A stretch of DNA of 55,134 nucleotides, taken from NCBI GenBank assembly GCA_021824285.1, contig JAKAKZ010000005.1, positions 1 to 55,134 on the forward strand, read 5' to 3'. The notes below the pieces were generated by a model, which made no database searches, was not told where the DNA came from, and saw only the letters and a program-made list of their open reading frames with translations. Each line of letters starts with the position of its first letter. The first letter of the stretch is position 1. This DNA is from a bacterium (GTDB taxonomy: Bacteria; Patescibacteriota; Patescibacteriia; SG8-24). Below, piece after piece: positions 15,073-26,010 of this stretch. The translations under genes were made by a program, and so were the position numbers.

Positions 15073-16596
15073 ATGCACGGAAGCGTGAACTCAACAGCCC
15101 TCCAGGGCGTCGACGCGGTCGCTGTCTCGGTCGAGGCGGATGTCGGGCGCGGCCTGCCGAAATTCATCGTGGTCGGCCTGCCCGATACTGCGGTCCAGGA
15201 ATCGCGCGAACGGGTGCGGGCGGCCATCAAGAACTCCGGTCTCCCCTTCCCGGATGGGCGCGTGACCGTGAACCTGGCGCCGGCCGACCTCCGCAAGGAA
15301 GGGCCGCTCTACGACCTACCCATGGCCATCGCTATCCTCGGCGCCGAGGGTGCGTTGGGCGATGATTGGCGCGAGAAGACCGCCCATGCCCTGTTCCTCG
15401 GCGAACTGGCGCTTAACGGCACAGTACGCCCGGTCTCCGGTGCGTTGCCGGCTGCCCTGCTCGCGAAGCAACGCGGCCACACCCGAATATACGTACCGAC
15501 CGCCAACGCGGCGGAGGCCGGCTTGGCGGAAGGCGTGGTTGTCCTACCGGTCCAGGACCTGCCGAGCCTGGTTTCCCACCTGCACGGCGAAACGCCGCTG
15601 ATCCCCTGGGAGGCCGCCGCGGGCACCACCGATGACCGCACTGACGCCACGGACTTGGCGCTGGTGCGCGGCCAGGCGCAGGCCAGGCGCGCGCTCGAAA
15701 TCGCGGCGGCCGGCGGGCACAACCTCCTGCTCTCCGGACCGCCAGGCGCCGGCAAGACCATGCTCGCCCGTGCGCTCGTCGGCATCCTGCCGGAAATGTC
15801 CCGCGCCGAGGCGCTCGAGGTGACCAAAATCTACAGTGTCGCCGGACTGACCGCGGCGGGGGCAGGCCTGGCTGTCCGTCGGCCGTTCCGTGCGCCGCAC
15901 CACACCGCCTCGGGCATCGCGCTCATCGGCGGCGGCACAACGCCGCGCCCCGGCGAGGTCAGCCTGGCGCACCGCGGCGTGCTCTTCCTCGATGAGCTGC
16001 CGGAGTTCGCGCGCCATACGCTTGAGAATCTCCGCCAACCGCTGGAGGACGGCGCGGTCACGGTCTCCCGTGCGCACGGCACCGTGCGCTTTCCGGCCAA
16101 ATTCTCCCTGGTCGCCGCGCAGAACCCCTGCCCCTGCGGCTATGCGGACGATCCTGACCGCGAATGCTCCTGCGCGCCCGAACAGGTGCGTCGCTACCGC
16201 AAACGCATCTCCGGACCGCTCCTGGACCGCATCGACCTGCATATCGCGGTACCGCGCCTGCCGTTCCAGGAATATTTCGGCGAAGCGTCGGCTGAGGATT
16301 CCGCCACGGTGCGGGCACGGGTCATGGCGGCCCGTGAACGACAGGCCGCCAGGCTTCGGGAAACCGGCCTTTTCACCAACGCCGAACTCGGCGCCCGCCA
16401 CCTGAAGGAACACTGCCGCCTGCCGCCGAAAGCCGAGGCCTTGCTCCAGAACGCCGCCGACCGCCTGCACCTCTCGGCCCGCGCCGCGAGCCGCATCCTG
16501 CGCGTCAGCCGGACCATCGCCGATCTGGAAGGCGCGGAGTCTTTGGACTTACCGCACGTGGCGGAAGCCCTGCAGTTCCGAGGAGCGCAGCCGTGA
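15073..16596 (+). CDS. YifB/ComM-family Mg-chelatase-like AAA+ ATPase
   Basis: 507 aa with an N-terminal Lon-protease-like domain and Walker A GPPGAGKTMLA. Confidence 0.92.
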   Translation: MHGSVNSTALQGVDAVAVSVEADVGRGLPKFIVVGLPDTAVQESRERVRAAIKNSGLPFPDGRVTVNLAPADLRKEGPLYDLPMAIAILGAEGALGDDWREKTAHALFLGELALNGTVRPVSGALPAALLAKQRGHTRIYVPTANAAEAGLAEGVVVLPVQDLPSLVSHLHGETPLIPWEAAAGTTDDRTDATDLALVRGQAQARRALEIAAAGGHNLLLSGPPGAGKTMLARALVGILPEMSRAEALEVTKIYSVAGLTAAGAGLAVRRPFRAPHHTASGIALIGGGTTPRPGEVSLAHRGVLFLDELPEFARHTLENLRQPLEDGAVTVSRAHGTVRFPAKFSLVAAQNPCPCGYADDPDRECSCAPEQVRRYRKRISGPLLDRIDLHIAVPRLPFQEYFGEASAEDSATVRARVMAARERQAARLRETGLFTNAELGARHLKEHCRLPPKAEALLQNAADRLHLSARAASRILRVSRTIADLEGAESLDLPHVAEALQFRGAQP

Positions 16597-16676
16597 GCGG
16601 CGTGGCGCGGACATTGACTCCAGCCGGGCCTTCTGCCACGCTGTCGCCAGCACATTTCAAGCCGAAGGACGCGAAG

Positions 16677-16844
16677 ATGAAACGCCTCACCTGGATGTCC
16701 GTCTTGAGCCTCGTGGCAGCGCTTTTCTGCGCCACCGTGGCCGTGATCATGTTCATGCGCGACGACGTCGGCAATGGCATGATCGACCTCTCGCTGGCCG
16801 TCATGAACGCCATGTTCTTCGCGCGGAGCCTGAAGAAGCGCTGA
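16677..16844 (+). CDS. small membrane protein (55 aa), hypothetical
   Basis: ATG preceded by GAAGGA. Two hydrophobic segments. The ORF is open from GTG at 16593. Confidence 0.4.
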   Translation: MKRLTWMSVLSLVAALFCATVAVIMFMRDDVGNGMIDLSLAVMNAMFFARSLKKR

Positions 16845-16850
16845 AACCGA

Positions 16851-16878
16851 AACCGGCCCCATCAGGGGGCCGGTTTTT
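16851..16878. terminator. bidirectional intrinsic terminator
   Basis: AAA-CCGGCCCC-ATCA-GGGGGCCGG-TTTTT between convergent genes. Confidence 0.8.
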
Positions 16879-16883
16879 CTTAT

Positions 16884-18206
16884 CTATTTGATGTAATCCA
16901 GCGGGTTCAGGCGGTGCCGGACATTGCCGGTCATCACCTCGAAGTGCAGATGCGGTCCGGTAGAGCGGCCGGTCGAGCCCATGAGGCTGATCTGGTCGCC
17001 GCGCTGGACCGTATCGCCGACATGCACCAGGAGCTTCGAGGAGTGCCCATAGCGCGTGAACAGCCCGCCGCCGTGGTCGATGATGATCATGTTGCCGTAA
17101 CCTCCGCTGTTCCAGCCGGCGTAGATGACCGTGCCCGTTTCCGCGGCGTAAATCGGCGTGCCGATGGGTCCGGCGATGTCCAGGCCGGTATGGGCGGCGC
17201 CCCTGAAGTACTGCGTGATGCGGCGCACGCCCGCTGGCCAAAGAAGCCGGCCGACGGAAGCGGAGCCGCTCTTCGGAGAGCTGAAAATACTGCCCAAATT
17301 ACCCAACCTGGCCGGTGGCGGCGGCGCGGGCAGCGCCGGCAAGATGCCGTCCGGCAGGATGATGTTCTCGCCGACAGTCAGATCGCCGGCATCGGCCAAG
17401 CGGTTTATCTCCATCACCTTATCCGCGTCGCTCTTGTATTTCTTGACGATAGCCGACAGATTATCGCCTTTCTTGATCGTATAAAGAATGCCATCCACGG
17501 GCAGGATCTTCAGGACCTGACCGGGCTTGATGAAACCGCGGCCATCAAGACCGTTGCTCTGGAGGATGGTCGACGCATCCAAATCGAAGTCGATGGCGAT
17601 GGAGGAGACCGTATCGCCCATCTGCACCGTGTATTCGACGATGGAGGTGCGGGTGCTCGGCCGGCCAAGATCGTCAGTCTGGGGCAGGGGGCGGAGAGCA
17701 TTCAGGATCGTCTCCGGCGATTCAGCATCCACATCCGAGCCGGCGCTGTCCACGCCGGAAGCGCCAGATCCTGTCAGGGCATCCTGCGGCGCCACGGCCT
17801 GATCGCCCATATAATCAACCGATTCAACGGCCGGAATGACGGCCGACGAATCCTCAACCAAGATCTCCTCGCTGTTGGCGTCGTGAGAAACGGCGAAGAC
17901 GCTCTGGTCCTGCGGGCCGTCGCTAGCGGCCGCCACGCCAGCCGCGCGGAGATTGGTGGCAGTGACGAAAAAAGCGATAAGCACGGCCACCGATTGCACC
18001 ACATGACGGCTGGTGAAGAAGCTGACCATCGAGTGCCTAAGTTCGTCCAGCAGTATATCTATGATTTTGCGCCCAAAAAGATAGCTCCGATAGCCGAGGA
18101 GCAACGACGGTTTCAAAACGGCGCCCCATAACCAGGACGCCGGAAACCGCAGCCAAAAAAACAGTGCACCGAGTAAATGCTTCAGAGCCAGCAGGAACCG
18201 GAACAT
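16884..18206 (-). CDS. M23 family metallopeptidase with two LysM domains
   Basis: N-terminal TM segments, two LysM domains (YTVQMGDTVSSIA, YTIKKGDNLSAIV), then HTGLDI and HLHFEV. Confidence 0.92.
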   Translation of the reverse strand: MFRFLLALKHLLGALFFWLRFPASWLWGAVLKPSLLLGYRSYLFGRKIIDILLDELRHSMVSFFTSRHVVQSVAVLIAFFVTATNLRAAGVAAASDGPQDQSVFAVSHDANSEEILVEDSSAVIPAVESVDYMGDQAVAPQDALTGSGASGVDSAGSDVDAESPETILNALRPLPQTDDLGRPSTRTSIVEYTVQMGDTVSSIAIDFDLDASTILQSNGLDGRGFIKPGQVLKILPVDGILYTIKKGDNLSAIVKKYKSDADKVMEINRLADAGDLTVGENIILPDGILPALPAPPPPARLGNLGSIFSSPKSGSASVGRLLWPAGVRRITQYFRGAAHTGLDIAGPIGTPIYAAETGTVIYAGWNSGGYGNMIIIDHGGGLFTRYGHSSKLLVHVGDTVQRGDQISLMGSTGRSTGPHLHFEVMTGNVRHRLNPLDYIK

Positions 18207-18473
18207 GGCGATGAGAAACCTGATGCTGATTTTTTTCAGGGAGAGAGGGATATGGAATCGGATTATGGCTGATTTTAGGCTAAAACCGCGGGCATCTCCG
18301 CCTAAAACTTGATTTTTCCGCTTAAAATAGCCAATTTATCCAACCTCTGGTCGTCTTCTCGTAAACACCAAGTTACCAGCTTCAGGCCGTCAGGTCAAGA
18401 TGAATTGCGAATTTATCGCTAAAATTAGGCAAAATTTAGTAGTCAGATGATTCTGGGAGGTTTTTACTGATAA

Positions 18474-18511
18474 CCGCTCCGCATCTCCACGTCTCCGTAT
18501 CACCGCATCTC
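18474..18511. repeat. orphan arm of GATGCGGAG-flavour word repeat (complement orientation)
   Basis: CCGCTCCGCATCTCCACGTCTCCGTATCACCGCATCTC. No opposing arm lies nearby. Confidence 0.6.
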
Positions 18512-18526
18512 ATCACGCTGTCTTAA

Positions 18527-18556
18527 TTGACATTCCGCGCGCGCTTCCCATATTAT
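18527..18556 (+). promoter_or_regulatory. sigma70-type promoter of hppA
   Basis: TTGACA, 18 nt, TATTAT. Confidence 0.55.
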
Positions 18557-18639
18557 ATTGAGCGCTATCGACCCGCGTTTTTTTACTTTAGTAACTTAAA
18601 TTTCGGCCTGACTGGGCCGACAACGGGTCTCAATCATTT

Positions 18640-20643
18640 ATGCCCAACGCGTTACTGTTCGCGCTCGTGGCGGCCATCCTAGCCATCGGCTACAGCGCCG
18701 TCCTTATTCGCTGGGTCCTCGCCAAACCCCAAGGCGACGACAAGATGCAGGCGATCGCCAAAGCCATTCAGGAGGGCGCCTCCGCCTACTTGAGGCGGCA
18801 AAACAAGACCGCGGCCATCGTCGCGATTGTCTTGGCCGTCCTGCTGTTCTGGTACCTGAACGCGACAACCGCTATCGGTTTCTTGGTCGGCGCGGTTCTC
18901 TCCGCCCTGTCCGGCTACGTCGGCATGCAGGTTTCCGTCCGCGCTAACGTCCGCACCACCGAAGCCGCCAAGAGCGGCTTGGGCAGCGCCCTGAACGTCG
19001 CCTTCCGCGGCGGTTCCGTCACCGGCATGATGGTCGTGGGCATGGGCCTCCTGGGTGTCGCCGCCTTCTACGCGGTCACCCGCAACGTCGATGCGCTCAT
19101 CGGCCTGGGCTTCGGCGGCTCGCTCATCTCCGTCTTCGCCCGCCTGGGCGGCGGCGTGTTCACCAAAGCCGCTGACGTCGGTGCCGACCTAGTCGGCAAG
19201 GTGGAGGCCGGCATCCCGGAGGATGACCCGCGTAACCCGGCCGTCATCGCTGACAACGTCGGCGACAACGTCGGCGACTGCGCTGGCATGGCTGCGGACC
19301 TCTTCGAGACCTACGCGGTGACCTCCGTCGCCGCCATGCTCCTCGGTTCGCTCATTTTCGGCAGCGAGGACGCGATCATCTACCCGCTCGCGCTCGGCGG
19401 CGTCTCCATTGTCGCCTCCATCGTCGGCTCCTTTGCCGTGCGCCTGGGCGCCAAGAACGTCATCATGAACGCGCTGTATAAGGGCTTGGGCGTGGCCTCC
19501 GTGGTCGCCGCGGTCCTGTTCTACCCGACCACCACCTGGCTCATGGGCCAGAACGGCCACTACAGCGTCATGGCCCTGTACCTGTCGTCGCTCGTGGGCC
19601 TCGCGGTCACGGCGCTCATCTTCGCCATCACCGAATACTACACCGGCACCAAGTATGCGCCGGTCCGCGGCATCGCCTCGGCCTCGCAGACCGGCCATGG
19701 CACGAACATCATCGCCGGCCTGGCCATCTCGATGCGCTCCACGGCCGCGCCGGTTCTCGTGATCGCCGCCGGCATCCTCTCGGCCTACGCGCTCGCCGGC
19801 ATCTACGGCGTCGCGGTCGCCTCGGTCGCCATGCTGTCCCTCACCGGCATCATCGTGGCCATCGACGCCTTCGGCCCGATCACCGATAACGCCGGCGGCA
19901 TCGCCGAAATGGCCGGCCTGCCGGAAGCCGTGCGCAACGTCACCGATCCGCTCGATGCGGTCGGCAACACCACCAAGGCCGTCACCAAAGGCTACGCCAT
20001 CGGCTCTGCCGGTCTCGCTGCCGTGGTGCTCTTCAACGCCTACACCGAAGAGCTCTCCAAGCTCGGCACGGACCTGACCTTCTCGCTCTCCGAGCCTAAG
20101 GTGCTCATCGGCCTCCTGCTTGGCGCGCTCGTCACCTATTACTTCGCGGGCATCGCCATGACTTCGGTCGGCCGCGCGGCCGGCGACGTCGTGGAGGAGG
20201 TGCGCCGCCAGTTCCGCGAAATCAAGGGCATCATGGAGGGCACGGCCAAGCCGGACTACGCCAAGTGCGTGGACATCGTCACGAAGGCCGCCATCCGCGA
20301 GATGATCGTCCCGGCGCTCCTGCCGGTCGCCGTGCCGGTGCTCGTCGGCCTGGTCTTCAAGCGGCTCCTCGGCCCTGAAGCCCTTGGCGGCGCGCTCGTC
20401 GGCGCCATCGTCTGCGGCATCTTCGTGGCCATCTCCATGACCACGGGCGGCGCGGCGTGGGACAACGCCAAGAAATACATCGAGTCCGGCGTCTACGGCG
20501 GCAAGAAGTCCTTCGCCCACCAGGCGGCGGTCACCGGCGACACCGTCGGCGACCCGTACAAGGACACCGCCGGCCCGGCCATCAACCCGATGATCAAGAT
20601 CATGAACATCGTCGCCCTGCTCATCGCGGGGATGATGGTCTAG
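18640..20643 (+). CDS. hppA: membrane-bound proton/sodium-translocating pyrophosphatase
   Basis: 667 aa and polytopic, with DNVGDNVGD and [18 protein letters not shown] motifs. Confidence 0.96.
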   Translation: MPNALLFALVAAILAIGYSAVLIRWVLAKPQGDDKMQAIAKAIQEGASAYLRRQNKTAAIVAIVLAVLLFWYLNATTAIGFLVGAVLSALSGYVGMQVSVRANVRTTEAAKSGLGSALNVAFRGGSVTGMMVVGMGLLGVAAFYAVTRNVDALIGLGFGGSLISVFARLGGGVFTKAADVGADLVGKVEAGIPEDDPRNPAVIADNVGDNVGDCAGMAADLFETYAVTSVAAMLLGSLIFGSEDAIIYPLALGGVSIVASIVGSFAVRLGAKNVIMNALYKGLGVASVVAAVLFYPTTTWLMGQNGHYSVMALYLSSLVGLAVTALIFAITEYYTGTKYAPVRGIASASQTGHGTNIIAGLAISMRSTAAPVLVIAAGILSAYALAGIYGVAVASVAMLSLTGIIVAIDAFGPITDNAGGIAEMAGLPEAVRNVTDPLDAVGNTTKAVTKGYAIGSAGLAAVVLFNAYTEELSKLGTDLTFSLSEPKVLIGLLLGALVTYYFAGIAMTSVGRAAGDVVEEVRRQFREIKGIMEGTAKPDYAKCVDIVTKAAIREMIVPALLPVAVPVLVGLVFKRLLGPEALGGALVGAIVCGIFVAISMTTGGAAWDNAKKYIESGVYGGKKSFAHQAAVTGDTVGDPYKDTAGPAINPMIKIMNIVALLIAGMMV

Positions 20644-20765
20644 GTCTGAAGGGATAAGGAATAGAATTGGAAAACCCCGCTCCAGACGGAGCGAGGTTTA
20701 ATGTTGACCGGGCACCAACAATGCGCTAGGGTGGCCTCATTCTTTCTATCATCAAGGAGGCGTGC

Positions 20766-21194
20766 GTGGGCGCAAAGGCAGTATCGTCCTGCTCTCTGAT
20801 GCTCATCGCGTTGCTCCAGGCCGGCTGCGGAACAGCCGACCCCGGGCCTTCCGAAGCAGAGTGCCGGCGGATTCCGGACAGGCTGTTCACGCCAGTGATT
20901 GTCGCCTGGGAACAGCCGATGGGGACCGTTTCATTCCTGGTCATGGACGGGCAGACCGCCGACCCCCAGGTCATCAACACCGGCTATAATGAGCGGCAGG
21001 ATGATCTCGGCTTCGTCTCCCACAACGAGGCGGCGCTGTCGGTCGACGTTCCGACCGATCAGCCGATGTGGGCGCACCGCGCGTTCCGCCGTACCCAAAA
21101 TGGCGTCTGCGTCTACGCCGTTGACCTGCACCTCCGCACCCCAGATGACGTGCTCCGCTTCACCTGGAGCGCGGGAGGGGCCGACGGCGGATAG
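20766..21194 (+). CDS. hypothetical lipoprotein
   Basis: AAGGAGG RBS, GTG start, and lipobox LLQAGC. Confidence 0.55.
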   Translation: MGAKAVSSCSLMLIALLQAGCGTADPGPSEAECRRIPDRLFTPVIVAWEQPMGTVSFLVMDGQTADPQVINTGYNERQDDLGFVSHNEAALSVDVPTDQPMWAHRAFRRTQNGVCVYAVDLHLRTPDDVLRFTWSAGGADGG

Positions 21195-21282
21195 GACATC
21201 CGCCGACATAAGAGGGCTGCTTGGCCCTTTTTTTATTTCTTCGGAAAGAACATAAAACGCCCGCTTGGTGCGGGCGTGAGGC

Positions 21283-21633
21283 TCACTTCGGCGGTCTTTT
21301 CGCCGACTCGACCCAGAACCGGCCGAAGCGGTTCATGTTGACCGCGATTTCCGTACCGGGCGGGAACGGAATGTCGATGTCACCCGGGATGTCGATAGCG
21401 CGGCCGTCGACGAAGCAGACAAGCGTGTGGACCGGCATTGTCGACCAGTGGAGGCCCGGCAGGGAGTTGGGGTCTGCCCAGATCCCTGGAAAGGCGATCT
21501 CGTCGCTGACGAGCCGGACCTTCTTCAGGAACTCGCCCCGGCAGATGACTTCCTCCGGACCGCCACGGAAGGCCAAGAACAGGCCGAGCACCGCGACGGC
21601 CAGAACCGCCAGAACGGCCAGGAAAACGGTCAT
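21283..21633 (-). CDS. hypothetical membrane-anchored protein (116 aa)
   Basis: N-terminal TM helix, GGAG RBS, and a downstream minus-strand terminator at 21250-21277. Confidence 0.55.
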   Translation of the reverse strand: MTVFLAVLAVLAVAVLGLFLAFRGGPEEVICRGEFLKKVRLVSDEIAFPGIWADPNSLPGLHWSTMPVHTLVCFVDGRAIDIPGDIDIPFPPGTEIAVNMNRFGRFWVESAKRPPK

Positions 21634-21716
21634 TGGTTCTCCAAGGAGCTAGATGGCTGGAGTTAGCCACAAAAACCGCCGCCAGTCAATGGCCCGCTGG
21701 TTTTCACCAGATACTG

Positions 21717-21744
21717 AAAACCGGCCCATGTGGGGGCCGGTTTT
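21717..21744. terminator. bidirectional intrinsic terminator
   Basis: AAAA-CCGGCCC-ATGTG-GGGGCCGG-TTTT. Confidence 0.75.
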
Positions 21745-21750
21745 GCCGCT

Positions 21751-22251
21751 CTAGCGGGTGGCCGGAGCCGAGCCGCCGTTCGGCGGGAACATGCCGTTCG
21801 GTCCGCCCTGAAAGCCCTCCGGCATCGCCGGCCGCTCCTGAATCGTCTGGGCCGTGATGCTGCCGTCGGTGTTGGTCTTGCCGGTGACGGTCACGCTGTC
21901 GCCGACCTGCAGGTCAGAGAGCGCGCCGGCCGAAAACTTGCTGACCTCGGTCGAGCCGGACAGCAGGATGATGCGGGAGCCGCCGTCGCGTGACTTGATC
22001 GTCAGGCTCTTGTCGTCCACGGACATGATGTCGCCGCTCACGAAACCGCCGCCGCGGTTCGCCCGCTGCTGCGTGCCGGCAGACGCGCCGCCGCGCTGCG
22101 CTCCCTGGCCGAAAACCTGGAAGCGCGCGCCGGCCGGAGCCGCCTTACTCTCGCCGTACTTCAGGCCGCCGTAGAACGAGCTGCCGCCGACGGCCAGGAG
22201 GACTGCGAGTCCGATGGCCAACTGCTTGTTGTTGAATTTCTTATCACTCAT
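21751..22251 (-). CDS. secreted/anchored Gly-rich protein with DUF5666-like beta domain (tentative)
   Basis: N-terminal TM, then a G/A/Q-rich linker, then [26 protein letters not shown]...[10 protein letters not shown]. It is a paralog-like of 26011-26523, and its start overlaps the permease stop. Confidence 0.6.
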   Translation of the reverse strand: MSDKKFNNKQLAIGLAVLLAVGGSSFYGGLKYGESKAAPAGARFQVFGQGAQRGGASAGTQQRANRGGGFVSGDIMSVDDKSLTIKSRDGGSRIILLSGSTEVSKFSAGALSDLQVGDSVTVTGKTNTDGSITAQTIQERPAMPEGFQGGPNGMFPPNGGSAPATR

Positions 22252-23467
22252 ATCGCAATGCGACGATGGGGTTAAGCTTGCTGGCCCGACGGGCCGGATA
22301 ATAGCCGAAGATGATGCCGATGGCCGCGGAGACGCCGAAGGCCAGGAGCACCGACGTGCTCGTGACCTGCGTGGCCGTACCGGAGAACTGCGAGATGATC
22401 TTGGCGATCAGCCAGCCGAGCAGGACGCCGAGGATGCCGCCGACGAAAGTCAGCAGTACGGATTCGGCCAGGAACTGCAGGCTGATCTCGCTGCCCTTGG
22501 CGCCGATGGCCTTGCGCAGGCCGATCTCGCGGGTGCGTTCGGTGACGATGGTGAGCATCATATTCATGATGCCGATGCCGCCGACGATGAGCGAGATGCC
22601 GGCGATGGAGCCGAGCAGCATGGTGAGCGTGTTCGTGATGGTCGAGGCCGTCGCCAGGATGTCGGCCTGGTTCAGCACGCTGAAGTCCAGGGCGGTCGGA
22701 TCGGTCAGCTTGTGCCGCGTCATGAGGAGCGTTGTGATGTCCGCCTGGAGCGCGGCCATGGACTGCTCGTCCACGGCCTGCACCGCGATGATGGACACGC
22801 GGTCGTTGCCGGTGAGGTAGCGCTGGGCCGTGGTCAGCGGGATGAAGATGATGTCGTCCTGGTTGTTGAAGCCGGAACCGCCCTTGCTCTTGGTCATGCC
22901 GACTATCTTGAAGTCCATCTGGTGGATGCGGATGGTCTGGCCGATCGGATCGGCGTCCGCGCCGAAAAGGTCGTCGCGCACCGTCGGACCGATGACCGCC
23001 ACCTTCGAAGCGGCGTTGAGGTTCTGCTCGGTGATGAAGATGCCGGTATCGATCTGCACGTTGCGCACGTCCGGATAGCTCGGATAGACGCCGAGCACCT
23101 GGGTGTTGGTGTTGGTGCCTCGGGCCGTGACTTGCGTGCGGCTCTGGACCTCCGGTGAGATGTTCTTGGCCGTAGAGAGGCCGCTCGCGATGGCCAGCGC
23201 GTCATCAAGCGTGAGGGTCTGGGCGCTGCCGCGGCCGGTACTGACCTGCTGGCCCGGACCGCGCTGCGCGCCGGGCATCACCATGACAAGGTTCGAGCCA
23301 AGAGCCTGGATATTCGAGGTGATGGTGCTCCGCGCGCCCTGGCCGATGGAGGTCATGGCGATAACCGAGCCGATGCCGATGACGATGCCGAGCATCGTCA
23401 GCCCCGACCGCACCTTATTTACCAGGATGGCCGAAAACGTCTCCTGCAAGAGATCGGTGGTTTTCAT
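22244..23467 (-). CDS. ABC transporter permease, MacB/FtsX type
   Basis: MacB periplasmic domain plus a C-terminal FtsX 3-TM bundle. The start is chosen at [11 protein letters not shown]; the ORF is open to 23515. Confidence 0.9.
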   Translation of the reverse strand: MKTTDLLQETFSAILVNKVRSGLTMLGIVIGIGSVIAMTSIGQGARSTITSNIQALGSNLVMVMPGAQRGPGQQVSTGRGSAQTLTLDDALAIASGLSTAKNISPEVQSRTQVTARGTNTNTQVLGVYPSYPDVRNVQIDTGIFITEQNLNAASKVAVIGPTVRDDLFGADADPIGQTIRIHQMDFKIVGMTKSKGGSGFNNQDDIIFIPLTTAQRYLTGNDRVSIIAVQAVDEQSMAALQADITTLLMTRHKLTDPTALDFSVLNQADILATASTITNTLTMLLGSIAGISLIVGGIGIMNMMLTIVTERTREIGLRKAIGAKGSEISLQFLAESVLLTFVGGILGVLLGWLIAKIISQFSGTATQVTSTSVLLAFGVSAAIGIIFGYYPARRASKLNPIVALRYE

Positions 23468-24173
23468 AGGTGTGATGGGCCTTGATGCGATTAGGATTCT
23501 TCCGGTCGCTGACAATCTCGCCGTCGCGCAGTTCGATGATGCGGTCGGCGTGCTCGGCCACGTAGCGCTCGTGGGTGATGAGCACGATGGTGCGGCGAAA
23601 CTTCTCGTTCAGGTCCTGGAAGGTCTGCAGCACAATCTCACCGGTCTTGGTGTCGAGGTTGCCGGTCGGCTCGTCAGCGAGAATGAGCGACGGGTCGTTG
23701 ACCAAGGCTCGGGCGATGGCCACGCGCTGCATCTGGCCACCGGAGAGCTGGTTGGAGAGATGGTCGAAGCGCTCGGCCGGCAGACCGGCGGCCTCGAGCG
23801 CAGCGCGGGCGCGCTTTTCGCGCTCCTCCTCCGGCACGTTCGCGTAGACGAGCGGCAAGGACACGTTGCGCAGCACCGTGGCGCGCGGCAAGAGGTTGAA
23901 CGCCTGGAAGACGAACCCGATACGTTTCTTGCGGATCTCCGCCAGTTCATCGTCGCTCAATTTGGAGACGTCCTGGCCGTCGAGCAGGTACTGCCCGGCG
24001 GTCGGCGCGTCAAGCGCGCCAAGGATATGCATGAGCGTGGACTTGCCGGAACCCGACGGACCCATGATGGCCACGAGCTCGCCGTCCTGGATGCTGAAGC
24101 TGACGCCCTTAAGTACGGGCGTAGCCACGCCGCCGTTCTCATAGACCTTGGTGATGTCGCGGCATTCGATCAT
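23415..24173 (-). CDS. ABC transporter ATP-binding protein (MacB/LolD type)
   Basis: Walker [10 protein letters not shown], signature [15 protein letters not shown], Walker B LILADEPT. Confidence 0.95.
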   Translation of the reverse strand: MIECRDITKVYENGGVATPVLKGVSFSIQDGELVAIMGPSGSGKSTLMHILGALDAPTAGQYLLDGQDVSKLSDDELAEIRKKRIGFVFQAFNLLPRATVLRNVSLPLVYANVPEEEREKRARAALEAAGLPAERFDHLSNQLSGGQMQRVAIARALVNDPSLILADEPTGNLDTKTGEIVLQTFQDLNEKFRRTIVLITHERYVAEHADRIIELRDGEIVSDRKNPNRIKAHHTYENHRSLAGDVFGHPGK

Positions 24174-24178
24174 AGCCG

Positions 24179-25993
24179 TCAGTTGCGGAAGCCGGTATTG
24201 CCGCCGCCGGTCTGGATGCGCACGCCGCCGGTCGAGGCGCCGCCGATGCGGCCGGCCGGCAGGCCGAAAAGCCCGCCGCCCTGGGTGGTCGCGGCCGCGG
24301 CATTGCTGGTGGAGGTGCGGACCACCACCATGTCGCCCTCGTTAAGGCCACCGGTGATTTCCGTCAGCTCATCGTTGGCCAGGCCGACGGTCACCGGCTG
24401 GCGACGGAGCGTAGCCGGACCGGTCACGGATGTCTGCCCTGCCGGCACGCCGTCAATCATCTCGACATAATAGGAGTTACCGCCTGCGCCAGACTTGATG
24501 GCCGCGTTCGGCACGGTCAGCACGTCCACGCGAGAATCCGTAATCACCGAGGCCGAAACGCTCATGCCCGGCTTGACCTCCGGCTCCTGCGTGTCCATGG
24601 CGATCTTCACGTTATAGGTGACCACGCCCTGGGAGACCGTGCCCAATGTGTCGATGTTCGTCACCTTGCCGGTGACGGTCAGGTCGGGCACCGCATCGAA
24701 AGTCATCGTAGCCTTCTGGCCGATCTTGGCCTTGGACACGTCCACTTCGTTGAGCGAGATCGTGACCATGCCCTGTTTGGCGATCAGCGTCGCGAGCACC
24801 GTGCCGGACGAGACGGCATCGCCCTTCCTGATGTTGAGCTTGGCGATGATGCCGTCAATCGGCGCATGGATGACATAGTCCTTCAGCTTGGCCCGCGCGT
24901 CGAGGAGCGCATTCTGGCGCTGCTCGACGGAGAGCTGCTGCGAGCGGATGTCGAGCGGATCGGCGCCGGCCTTCAGGTCCGCGAGCGATTGGGTGCGTTC
25001 CGCGATGGTGCGGTTGGCGCTCTGGATGGACTGCAGGGTGTTAGCAATGGACTGGCTGGAGCCGAGCAGGTCGGAAACGTGAGAATTGACCTTGCCTAGG
25101 TAGCTGGCCACGCTGGAGAGATAGGTGTCGGCCAGCGTCTTCGGCTTCAGGTTCCGTTCCGTCAGCTTGTCCTCATAGAAGCGGATCAGGTTGTCGGCGT
25201 TCTTCACCGCTTCCGCGACCTTCTTGGAGGTCTCGTAGCTCTGGTCGATCAGCCGGCCGATTTCCTCGCGTGAGGAATAGTGGCTCGAGGCCTTGTAGTC
25301 GGAATAGTTCTGCTCATAGGCAGCGCGGGCCGCGGCATACGAATCGATGGCCGCGGATTTGTAGGCGGCGGTGCGGACAGTGTCGTAAAGGTTTGCCACA
25401 TCGGCGAAATAATCGATGTTGGCCTGTTGGCCGCTATTGACGTCCGTGCCGTACAGGATGTTCTGCATGCCGGTCATGACCGCGGGCAGGTCCAGGAAGG
25501 TATTGGACACGGAAGTATAACCGTCGTCATACGCGCGGTTGAGGTTGTCGTTGGCGTTGGCCAGCGTCTCCTGGGCCTGGGTCAGCGAATCCTGCGATTG
25601 GAGCAGCGAGAGGGCGTCGGCCGGCTTCTTCATCTTCTCCAGTGACAGCTGGGCGGATTCCAGGCTGGTCTGCGCGTCACGTACCGCCTTCTGCGCGTCG
25701 GTGTCATCGATCATTGCGAGCAGCGTCCCCTGTTTGACCTCCTGCCCCTCTTGGATGCCCAAGAGGACGATGTCGCCGGAGACGTCCGGCTTGATGTCGA
25801 TCTGATTCGATGAGGCGACCTGACCCGTGCCGCTCACGGAAGCTACGACCGTGTCCTTGGCGGCGGCCGCAAGGCCGTAAGTCGTGACGCCGGTCGTGGC
25901 CGTCCGGCTGCGATAGAACCAGTATCCTGCGCCGACGAGCACGAGCGCGGCGAACAGCATCAGGGACTTGCGCTTCTTGAGTTTGGCCATCAT
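24179..25993 (-). CDS. HlyD/MacA-family periplasmic adaptor with long coiled-coil hairpin
   Basis: 604 aa with an N-terminal TM, lipoyl/beta-barrel segments, a long alpha-helical insert and a Gly-rich C-terminal tail. Confidence 0.85.
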   Translation of the reverse strand: MMAKLKKRKSLMLFAALVLVGAGYWFYRSRTATTGVTTYGLAAAAKDTVVASVSGTGQVASSNQIDIKPDVSGDIVLLGIQEGQEVKQGTLLAMIDDTDAQKAVRDAQTSLESAQLSLEKMKKPADALSLLQSQDSLTQAQETLANANDNLNRAYDDGYTSVSNTFLDLPAVMTGMQNILYGTDVNSGQQANIDYFADVANLYDTVRTAAYKSAAIDSYAAARAAYEQNYSDYKASSHYSSREEIGRLIDQSYETSKKVAEAVKNADNLIRFYEDKLTERNLKPKTLADTYLSSVASYLGKVNSHVSDLLGSSQSIANTLQSIQSANRTIAERTQSLADLKAGADPLDIRSQQLSVEQRQNALLDARAKLKDYVIHAPIDGIIAKLNIRKGDAVSSGTVLATLIAKQGMVTISLNEVDVSKAKIGQKATMTFDAVPDLTVTGKVTNIDTLGTVSQGVVTYNVKIAMDTQEPEVKPGMSVSASVITDSRVDVLTVPNAAIKSGAGGNSYYVEMIDGVPAGQTSVTGPATLRRQPVTVGLANDELTEITGGLNEGDMVVVRTSTSNAAAATTQGGGLFGLPAGRIGGASTGGVRIQTGGGNTGFRN

Positions 25994-26010
25994 AGCTGCG
26001 GTGGTGCGGG

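Noticed and set aside
16593-16676. A GVARTL... N-terminal extension of the small membrane ORF, starting at a GTG that overlaps the yifB stop.
   Set aside because: The internal ATG at 16677 has a GAAGGA RBS and begins directly at the hydrophobic segment. The extension is low-complexity.
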